The notes beneath the pieces are model-generated. The model had not been told where the DNA came from, did no database searches, and saw only the letters and a list, made by a program, of their open reading frames with translations. A program made the position numbers and the translations under genes. From Vicugna vicugna (lineage: Eukaryota), in NCBI GenBank assembly GCA_013265495.1, contig MU063891.1, positions 1,550,001 through 1,614,000 on the forward strand: a DNA stretch of 64,000 bases, written 5' to 3'. Shown here one piece after another: positions 39,101 to 49,195 of the stretch. Position 1 is the first letter of the stretch. Every line of letters starts with the position of its first letter.

Positions 39101-41288
39101 TGTAAAATGCTTTTGTGGCTTGCATTTTTTTAAATGTTAATTTTGAAAATTTTAAAAAATGTAATGTGTAATGGCAAGTTTGAACAAGGAGACTGTGGAG
39201 AGCAAAGGGACGTGTCTCTGTAATAGAGAACTTTTGAGTTTGCACTTAGAGGGAACGGGGTTGTTCCACACGCAGTCTTAGTCGTTAGTTCTTTAAAGAC
39301 ATTGCAGAGCCATCATTTCATTGATTACAACTGATGAGAGATTTCAGTTATTTTACCATTAGCTTTTAAAGTAAGAATCATTCACCACATCCGTTACTAT
39401 ACAAGTTTATCAAACTTTCAAAATTGATATTTTAAGTCTATTTTTAAATTTTGTTTTCGTTTAGAAGTGAGAATCACTTCTGCCTTGAATTTTCAGGTAT
39501 AGTCATACACGTTTTCTTTGAATAGTTTTACTTAAATCACTGAATTTTTGATTGACATTCGTTCTTGCAGTCAGTTTTCTGTTTCTTACTGTATCATACT
39601 CTGTGGGACATTAAGTTCTTAATTTAGATTTGATCAACATTGGAGTATCTGGCATGGGGTAGGTGGCACATGAAATGAGCAAGATTGAGTTCCATTCCTT
39701 ACGGAGTTGCCTTAAACATGTACAGTCTTTTTATAGCAGTTAAAATATGGTTTTGTTTGCAGTCAGTTATTCCTCATTTAAACTTAAAAGAGGAGGGTCC
39801 TGGTTTTGTCCATAAAGTTTTAAAAGAGCGTAATTTCAGTAAGTGCTTAGCTCTTTTTCCTATTTGCCAGTCACCTGCAATTTAGAGGAAACCTGTTTTC
39901 AGACAGAATATTCCTAAGGGTTGCATATTTGTGCCTTTGAACACCTTAATTTTGTGCGTATCATAGATCACGTTTTACCAGGAACATAGGACTTTGGAAA
40001 GTAAATTCAACCAGAAGTTACACAGAGGAATCTAACGTTGATGTAGTTGTTTTGTAGAAGTTAATAAATTTGTAATAAATAATCCCACACAGACTATCTG
40101 ATTTTGACATATTGGGGGTAATACAGGAAATTAGAGAAAGATAGGAAGAAATTCTGGACTTGAATGAAATTATAGCTACTGACTTTTCCCTTGGAAAAAC
40201 CTGAGAATATTTCATAGTTCATTTATATTGTAAATGACGACATAAAAATCTGAGCATGTGACTGAGTGCTTCGTGTATGATTTGCAAAGCACTTGGAAAA
40301 AATTTTAAAGTCTTTCAGTGTTTGGGCATTGCTCGCCTAAAACTTTTGTCTTACGTTTAGTGGTATTAGCATTCATCTCTGTGTAGAAGTATTGACATCA
40401 GAACTTTTGAGATCTACATTACTTTCAAATATTATTTTGACTAAGAATAGAGAGGCTAGTAGGTTTCTTGGTGCACACTCCTGTTAGGGGATCTGTCTGT
40501 CACTAACTGCTTTACAGAAGCCCCTGGTTTCCAGGTTGCCAGCTCAGTACTTCATTAGAGCATTGGCTTTAATCATTCATGCATTTCAGTACTTAGATTG
40601 CAATATTGAATTACTTCATAAAGTGGATCTTCTCTCCTTTAAGTGAATTATTGGGAAAAATTTTAATGTGATTTAGGAAGAATAGTTCAGCTTGATCTGG
40701 AGGCAGGAAAAAAGACCAGGCAGCTCACGTAGGTTACTCAGAGAAAGAGTTGATGTGAAGAGTTACTTAATTTCTTTTTATGTATCTTTAGAAAGTTATT
40801 CACACAAATTTAACCATAGCCTGCATTCTATTCTCAACCCCCCGCCTCCGCCCCCGACTTAATAACATTTCTGTCTTGGCATATTACAGAAACTTATATC
40901 TCATTCCTTTTACTAGCTGCATCATATTCCGCTGTGTGATGGTTATACGCCATAGCCAAGATGTTGACACACAGATTTTTGACTGGCAGTTTCCATAATA
41001 AAGACATATTCATCTGCTGGATTTGAGGGGGGATCATAAGTTAGTATGCAACCAGAATTTTGAATTAGAAAATACTATTGTTTATAACTTATAACTCAGA
41101 TCCATAAAATATATACACTCCTATTCAAGATAAATATATCAACTATTAAATACAGAATTATTAAGAGCATTAATTCTAAGGAAAGGAAAAGCAGATTTCT
41201 ATTAAAAAAAAAAACCTGAAAAACCAAAACGTGAATACAAGAAAGGTTAGAAGTATTCTCTGCTATTTTAAGGTGTTCCAAATTCTTT

Positions 41289-41394
41289 TTTATTTTTTTC
41301 AGTTGAAGTATGGTCAGTTTACAATGATGTGTCAATTTCTGGTGTACAGCACAATGCTTCAGTCATACATATGCATACATATAATTGTTTTCAT
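41289..41394 (-). mobile_element. Very short L1 3'-terminal fragment (about 105 bp) with TSD
   Basis: ttgaagtatggtcagtttacaatgatgtgtcaatttctggtgtacagcacaatg parallels the 3' terminus of the young L1 at 10091-10160. TSD ttcca(a/g)attcttt at 41276-41288 and 41394-41406. Confidence 0.8.
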
Positions 41395-43232
41395 TCCAGA
41401 TTCTTTAGAAAGCCTTAAACAAGTCCTACATTGAGCACACCAGTGTCATCATAGCAAGGTGAATGGACTGACTCACTTAGGAATTTATAGTTTCTTCTTC
41501 ATGAGCGGTTGTTTTCTTGAGAAGCATAAAATTCAGATCAGGAATGGTCTCCCTGTGGCCCCTTTGGTTATTGGTCTGGCAGGTTCCTGCGTTGGGAAGG
41601 CAGACACAAAGATTCCAAGCGTCTCTTGTAAAATACTTGGGAATTTTCAATTTGAGTGTTTACAAAGGTTTATTTTCCAGACTGTGCTATAACCTAAACC
41701 ATTAGTGTACACGTGATTAGAAGAGTTGACAGGAGGATTGCATTTTATGTAGTTTAAATAATACGCTTTGTATCAGATTGCGTATAGTTTCGGTAATACT
41801 TATATGGAAGTCAGGGGAAGTGTGAGCACATGAAGATTTGACCCTTATAATCTGACACGAGTGAGACATGAGAATGATCATGTCAGTGAATTATTTCAGG
41901 TACTGTTTGCTAATGTTGGTGTCTGTTGCAGTCACTGTGGTGTCACTTTTGGAAGCACCACTACCAGACCATGGCTGAAAACGAAAAGTGTGGTAGTCTT
42001 TTTCAGCTGTAGCTGTTAAAGTTGTTTTCCCCAAAATGTAGTAAATACGCTTTTTTTCCTATGTGAAATGAATTATATGAGTATTTGCTTCTGCTTGAAT
42101 TTTTCTACAACTTGACTGCAGACATACTTCCTAAAGATGTTTGATAATCAGAAATAACTGGTTATACTGGATGAATGTATCTAATGATTGATTTCTTTAT
42201 TCTGAAGAAAATTAATTTCATTATGGTGGCTTTTCATTGGTTGACAGATCAAATTTGTGTCCCCAAAATAATATGAACCAGACTTCTATTCTAAATTTGG
42301 CCATTTAAAAAAATGCATTGTTTCTCTTCAACATATGAAGGATAGTTTTTCTTTTGTAAGTTTTGTTTTCGGTTTGTTTTCAGTAGCAGTTCAAATCGAT
42401 TATGTTTTTCCCCTATACAAGTTACAGTTTTAGTCTAAAAATATTTTAATTATGTCACAATATCCTAGTTGACTACTGCTCTTGGGCAGACACATGCCTA
42501 TGCATTTTTGTCACTTAAAAATGTTTATCATTATGTGGCAGATGAAAGGTCATGTAGTGACAGTGATGTGAAGACCACCCTCCTGGCCAGTATTTGGGGT
42601 GGGCAGAGTCAGCTGTGCCAGAGTTGTGATACTCTTTAAGATTTTGTGTTTCTTTTTGGATTGTGAGGAAGGAGAACACATTTGTTTTGATGATGAACTT
42701 TGTGGATTATATCTTAATTTTACCCCACTTTCAAAAATCACTGTATGAAAATTTATACAACTTAGAGATTTTTACTTACTTTATTTTGATTCAGAGCAGC
42801 ATCTGAAAGGTAACTTGGTTTAAAGTTCTGTCTTGTGTCCTGTGGTCAGAATTCCTTGTTGCCTGTAAGGAAGAAGCTGTGTGAACACGGACAGTTTACA
42901 TTCACCCCTGCGGACTAGGGGGGCACATTAGGGTGTGTGGTGCAGTGGGTGTGTTGTCTGGGAAGAGTAGAAAGGAACTTGTTAGGCTTTGTGGGGGTGG
43001 GGGGTGTGTCCTAGTAAAAAGACATTAAATCTCTGGGATTACCTTTCTAATCCAAGGGGCAAAGGAGGACTGCTGTGTCTTGTGCCTCTGTGCCAGGAAA
43101 TGTGTGACTTTCAAAGGTCGGCCGCCCTAGTTCTGGTTTGGACTCTGCTTGTGTTGAATTTTAGCCAGCAAATGGGAGAATTTGAGATTTTCCTCCCTCC
43201 CCCATTTCTTCTGTTTTTGTTCAGTGTAAACA

Positions 43233-43364
43233 NNNNNNNNNNNNNNNNNNNNNNNNNNNNNNNNNNNNNNNNNNNNNNNNNNNNNNNNNNNNNNNNNNNN
43301 NNNNNNNNNNNNNNNNNNNNNNNNNNNNNNNNNNNNNNNNNNNNNNNNNNNNNNNNNNNNNNNN
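43233..43364. other. 132-nt N run (masked or unresolved sequence) in non-repeat context
   Basis: N bases seen directly. The flanks show no TSD and no recognisable repeat. Confidence 0.95.
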
Positions 43365-43549
43365 GGAGGCCGCCGCTGTAAATTGAAGTGACATCATATG
43401 CATTGCCCCCATTGATCTGCTTTTAGTCTCCAGCCAGGATGAAAGGAAATGGCACCAGGGAGGAAGCACGCTCCATTTAGGCCCAGATCCCAGAGTGATA
43501 ATGGGGTAATAATAGAACTCACGCCACTGCCAGTGGGTCCCAGGCTCGT

Positions 43550-43800
43550 TCTGTCCGGGAGCCTCTCAGACGTCCTCCTGTGCGGCCGGCAGCCGGGCTG
43601 CGAGGGGAGGCGCCCTCCGTGGCTGTTGGAGGGGCGCGGAGGACGCGGGGGTTGGCGGGCCCCGTCCCTTGCGCTGCTCCTGCCGGTGGAAGGTCAGTGG
43701 TGAGACGTGTTGGGGACCTTTGCTGCTGTAGGAGGCCTGCCGGGGGAAGGCGTGGTGCAGGGCCTCCGGGGCGTGGGTGGTCCTCAGGGAGCCAGGAGTG
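43550..43800. promoter_or_regulatory. CpG-rich cluster just 3' of the masked segment
   Basis: GC-rich stretch retaining many CpG (gcggccggcagccggg, ggcgcggaggacgcggg). Confidence 0.4.
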
Positions 43801-46800
43801 AGCGATGCCCCCGTGACAGCAGTCAGAGGCTTCTGGAAGAGTCAGGGTTTGTTTTCTTTGTGCTGCTTGTAGACCGGGAGGGTAGGTTTGGAAAATTCCT
43901 ATTTTCTTTCCAAGAGCCTGTGTAGAAACTCTTCAGAGCTGTTGAAACTTGTGCGGCTTGCCTCAACTCTTAGGTTGACCGGGAGAAATTACGAGGCAGG
44001 CTGTTTTTCTCTTTGTGCATTTCTGGGTAGTGAGCAGCCGTGGACTCCTCCATGTTTAGAGCAAGAACACAGACTTCCAAATTCTTAGCAGATCTGATTG
44101 TATTGACTTGGCCTCCTTTGGTATTCTGTTTTTTGCGTTTGAGTAAGTCTTCCAGCATTGTGAAGTTCTCTATTTCAAGTACCCACATGACTTTGGCACC
44201 CCATTCTTATTTTGTCTAAGTTTCTGAGGCAGATGCATTTTAAAAATACCGATCTGGTTTCCATATGGAAAAAATAATAACCCCGTCATGAATTCCTTGT
44301 TTGTGCAAAGGGAAAGAACTTTCTATTCCTGTCACTGTTGAGCTGTGGGTGTGAGCGCTACTAGACCCTCAGAAGTAAAGGCAGGTTCTTTCTGATACTG
44401 TTTAAAGGAGCTGTTTCTCAGGAGATAATGCTCTGAAGCACGGGCTTTATTTTTCTTAAATCAGGCCATAGTGTGGCTAAGCCATGTCTGTCACCCACAG
44501 TACTGCTGTATTAAAACACAGTTGGCGTAGAAGTCATGTGAAATTTAATTTGATTTCTACGTGGGTGGGACTCGAGTGACCCACACAGCATTTCCCATCG
44601 CCGCCGTGCCAGCTGCCAGGGCACCGCATCACAGCACGTTTGCCAGTGTATGATAGCTCTCCGTGGCTTTGCAAACATTTTGGTTTATTGCTTAGTGCTT
44701 CTTTTTCATCATTGGGCAGCTTTATAGGGAGTAAATGTTTATTTTACAAAGAAAAATGTACAGTATTAAAGCGAGCTACTTAACCATGGTTTTGCTTCAA
44801 TATCCCTTTTTCAGGGTCTGTAATCTCATGTAAAAATTATGTAATGTTTACTTACTCCTTCGTGAGTGAAAAGATACTGAATTAGTTTTATTATCTGCGT
44901 ACTGAAATAGCATTTGATCGCTGGTTTTTCTCCAGTTTTTTCATTGTTTAGAAACTGCATTTTCCACCATGACTTGGGAGGGTTACAGTTGAAAGCCAGA
45001 TGGCTACAGGTTGTTTACTAAGAGTCATTTACACAAGTCCATTCTCAAGAACTCTCAGCTCGGTTGTGGAAGAATGTTCTCATGTCTGTGCTTGTCTGGG
45101 TGCCTCTGCTACAAGCCAGCTCTTGCTCCTTTAGTGAAGGGGGAGGGAGCGCTGGTGGGGAGTGTGGGAGCTTGCTCCTTACCTCCCTCCAATTAAAGTA
45201 AATGAAACTTAATAAAGAACCGCAAAGGTTTGACTCTCCCTTCCATCGTGGCCGTCCCTCCTGTCACGGGGCTTGGCTTTAGGTATTTTCCCATTGTGTG
45301 AAACTAGAAGAGGACAAAACGTTCAATGATCCTTTGGTTCTGTTTCTCTACGTGACTATATGAGCTTTCTGTTAGGAAGATGTAGAAGTGTGAATCCAGA
45401 CTTTTTGATAGATTCGCTTATTAGTAATTATCTGGCTTTAAACAGGACTTGTTTATTGGTTAAGCCCAGCTGGGTGAGTTGGAGGACCAAGCTGGTCATC
45501 TTGCTCGTCTGTTTCTTTCCTCCGTGGGTCTCACTAGATTAAACCAAATCCCAAACTCAAGTTCTAACAATAGGCTTTTTTTCTGAGTGCGGGCACATCA
45601 TAGGGAGATGCTTTTCTCTCTGCTCTTTCCTCCCCTGTAATTCTTCAAGTTGGCTGGGCTTGTTCCTGCTGTATTTAGTTAGTGTGTGAGGCCCCCTCCC
45701 TCGGTGGATGGGTGTTCTGTGCTGTGTCAGGCTGAGCCTTCCCCAGAAGCCGGCTTCCTGTGTGGCTGCTGCCGCCCTGGATGGGCTGAGGATATAAGTG
45801 CTGCTGACCGGTTTTGAGACTGCCCCCAGGGGTGCAGGACTGCCTGGCCCTGCAGCCCAGCCTGGGGCCCTCCGCTCCCCAGCCCTTGTGTAGGCACCCA
45901 GGCCAGGCCGCTGCGTGTGGGAGCCACCTGGAGCACACTCTGGAAGGGGGTGCAGCGGGGTGGGTGGGTGCGGAGAGGCCGTGCTGGGAGAAAGCGCAGG
46001 CTCCATGGGGAGGGTTCAGGAAGCGGAGCGCAATCAGGGGTATCCTTAGCAGGGGAATGAGGGCTGCACTCAGGGCTGAGGCTGAAGGCTTAGCCTCCAC
46101 CAGGGCAGGGCCCCTCTTGAAACGTAGGGAGGAGGATCCAGAGTGGGAGGCCGCAGGGCGAGTGGATGGGAAGGAGGGCCGAGGAAGCCCCAGGCGCTGG
46201 GCCGAGCCGAGGAGATGGAGCTGCAATAGGAGGGGCTGCGGGAAAGGCCGAGAGCAAAGTCAGCTCTGCTGCCCGCTCAGGAGCGCCCAAGGCGGGGCGA
46301 GACTCCCCCTCTGTCCGTGGCCGGCCTGCCTGCCTGCCGAGTGCTGTCGGTGTGGGTGGTGGGCGTGGACTCACCCAGAAGCTGGTGGTCCTGGATTTGG
46401 CCTGTTTTATAACATAGCTGATTTCTTTTAATGTAAAAGTAGCCTCACATGTGCGAAACTGTAGAAAATAGAAAATGGCATTTTTGTAATAGGCAATAAG
46501 TAATCATTTGATATCGCTGAAGCATCTTAACAGGCACGAGGGTTCTCATGGGAGGAACTTGTGTTGTGAAGAAGCCTAACCCTCTGTTTTTGCTGAAGTG
46601 CCTCGTTTCTGCCTTCAGCCTGAAAGGACCCACAGCATGACTCTCAAGCGGGTGGGCTGGTGCTGTGAGACGAAAGTACCCAGGAATCAAGTGTGGTGCG
46701 TTTGTGTCTGTCTGTCTGTCTACAGGGAAGTGAGGTTTTATTAGAACTTAGAAAGATGAGATGAGAAAATAGAAGAAACACTTTCTTTGTGGAATTAGCG

Positions 46801-47421
46801 TGGTAAATGTCATGCACGCGGTCTCTACTGGGTTTTCCTACAGGTGTGTGTGTGTGTGTCTGAATGGAGGGAGGAGGCGGAGGCGGAGGCAGAGTGCACA
46901 CTTGGGGCTGAAAGGCAGAGAGGTAGGGGGAGAAGTCAATCATTTAAAAATTTCTTTCAGAGCAACAAAGTGGGGATTAAAATCCAGGTGTTCTCATGAA
47001 CATTCTGTTGCTCTGGTGTTAGCTTCCAGAGCTGTAAATTTGGGTTAGTTGACAAGGATTATCTGGGCTTAAGCAGGGATGGAGAAAAGTAAGTGTAGAC
47101 AAGAGTGAAATTCATAGTAACTTTTTAATTTAATTTTAAAACTTTCATTTCAGAGTAAGTATTTCTTGGTTCCTGTAAGATGTGTCTTTGATTGATTTTT
47201 TTCCCCTTCTATCAGCAGTTTATTTGAGCGCTGCCCTGTGCTGGAGGTGCAGTACAATAGAGAATAAGATGTATTTTAAGTTCTTGGATTTCACAAGTAT
47301 TCCTTGCTCACGTATTAGTGTGTGTTATTTCTGAACCAAATAAAAACACCTTCCTCTCTTTGCTCTTAGCTGGTAACACCACTTTTATTTACCCTGTATG
47401 AAAACTCAGGAATATGAGTCA

Positions 47422-47423
<2 letters not shown>

Positions 47424-47462
<39 letters not shown>
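47424..47462. repeat. (GT)19 microsatellite
   Basis: Uninterrupted GT run of 39 nt. Confidence 0.95.
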
Positions 47463-47463
<1 letters not shown>

Positions 47464-47777
47464 TCGTACCCATGTATGATCATAAAATAACTGTTTTTAA
47501 ACTTTCAGTTTTTACAATGGAGGGATTGTGAGATACGGTTCTGGTTTCATTACACACACTTTATTTCTTGATGTACCTCTGCAAGATTTACATCCTAAAG
47601 AAGGAAATCTGAAAGTTGCTTATTCCTGTTAAACTTCTACCTGTTTACCTAAGACCAGCTAGCTTCTTGAGTATTTGTCAAGGCTAAATGACGTTTTTTG
47701 GCATATGCATGCCATAAAGAAAAAGATCTAATAAAACCATGATAATGTTTTATTAAGGTAGACATGGATTTTATCAT

Positions 47778-47850
47778 TCACAATGTATATATACATTAAA
47801 TCATCACGTTGTACACCTTAAAAAAATTCACACTGTACAACCTAAAACAA
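47778..47850 (+). mobile_element. Old L1 3'-terminal fragment
   Basis: tcacaatgtatatatacattaaatcatcacgttgtacaccttaaa is characteristic of L1M 3' termini. Confidence 0.6.
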
Positions 47851-48117
47851 AGTGAAGTTTTATCTGCTCTTAAGTATAGAACTGGCATCAACAGTCGTGA
47901 AAAACGGAGCTTAATCAGGCCCCAGAATGCAGTGTCTTTAGGGATACAGTGTAAACCTTGAGGTTTTACCAAAATAAAGTCTACAGTCTTCCGGTGTTTC
48001 GGACAGCTGCTGGAAGTGCCCGGGGTGCCCTGGCTTTGCTGTCCTGGGTTTAACTGTTTGGATTTGTTTCTCATATGCTGAGTGGCATTTTCACGGGCTG
48101 TTTGGCTTTGTCCTCAG

Positions 48118-48234
48118 CTTCTTCCAGACCAGCTGGTCTTGCTTCTGGAGCATCTCTTAGAGCAGAAGACCCTGAGCCCCCGAACCCTGCAAAGCCTGGA
48201 GAGAACGTACCGCCTCCCGGAGCAGGATGCGGAG
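48118..48234 (+). CDS. AOPEP: Internal coding exon of aminopeptidase O (C-terminal domain), 39 codons, phase 0/0
   Basis: Acceptor ttggctttgtcctcag|CTT and donor GAG|gtaatg. It translates to LLPDQLVLLLEHLLEQKTLSPRTLQSLERTYRLPEQDAE, which matches the human AP-O segment LLPDQLVLLLEHLLEQKTLSPRTLQSLQRTYHLQDQDAE as I recall it. Confidence 0.96.
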
Positions 48235-48960
48235 GTAATGGGGGACGTCCGCGGAGTGATGTGGCGGGCCCTCCCTGTTGGCGAGGAATGACTGTCCCAC
48301 CGCGTCCCAGACTGTTGGAAGTGCTGTTTCCAGTAGCAGCATCCTGTGCTGTGTGCTTGTGAGTGTGGAGCAGGACTTCAGGCAAAGGGTAAACCACTTC
48401 CCTGGCTGTGCTTGCTCCAGCAGGGGGCTTTTGATCCTGGTCATTACCGGGGTATTTTGAGGTCCCAAGTTTCCCCCCCTTCTTAAATCGTAAGTCTCCA
48501 GAAGGAATGAGCAGGCGGGTGGAGTGTTTCTGAATTGTGAACTCGGGTGAGTCATCTTGTGCACGACGGTGGCGCCGTCCTGTTGTGCATTAAGGAAACT
48601 TGGCTGAGATGTGCCAGAGCTGCTTGGTTGCGTTCAGTTAGGACCGGAAAGCAGCCATGTGTAAAGGAAATGAAAACTAAATCTCACAGCCGTGGTCTGA
48701 AAAGCAGAATTGGATGCTTGTGGAAACAGTACGATGCAGTCCTTAGTGTCTTTCAGCTTATTGTGAAGAATGCAGCTTGAATCCTGAGATGAGGTGCTAG
48801 GGTTTTTCTTTTTAATACATAAAATAATGACTGTGTAATGTATTTTGTCGTCCTAAGTAAGAAATAAGCACACGGTCAAAAAGAGAAAAGCTCTTTTATG
48901 CAAAACGCCTGAAATGCAGGTAAGTTTGATTTGTGTCTGAGAATAAATGAACATTTAAAA

Positions 48961-49195
48961 CGGAGCCGTCCAGCATGGCAGCCACCAGGCACGTGTGGCC
49001 GTTGAGCACGTGGTACGTGGCCGTTCTGAATCGAGATGCGCTGCGAGTGTGAGATGCAGAGTGGATATCGAAGATGTAGTATCAAAAGAAAAAGCAAAAT
49101 ATCTCGTTAATAATTTCTTCTTACTGATTACAATGTCACAGTGGTATTTAGGATACGTCGGGTTAAATAAAATATTATTAAAATTAATTTCACAA
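48961..49195. mobile_element. hAT-Charlie MER33/MER3-like fragment
   Basis: gtccagcatggcagccacc...gtggccgttgagcac...aaaatatctcgttaataat...gggttaaataaaatattattaaaattaatttcac. Confidence 0.8.

Larger units (their letters stand above)
1..48117 (+). other. AOPEP: Large AOPEP intron (more than 48 kb) upstream of the LLPDQ exon
   Basis: The preceding coding exon (...RRPRKRKRR...FEK) was not found in the ORF track or by eye. The sequence is repeat-rich and non-coding. Confidence 0.8.

Noticed and set aside
43225-43232. TGTAAACA as the start of a miR-30 family miRNA hidden in the N run
   Set aside because: The upstream flank does not resemble any pre-miR-30 5' arm I recall, and miR-30 loci are not in AOPEP. 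The 8-mer is also a common forkhead site.
48082-48291. 69-aa ORF as a standalone gene
   Set aside because: MAFSRAVWLCPQ and VMGDVRG... are read-through into introns. Only 48118-48234 is bounded by AG/GT and matches AP-O.
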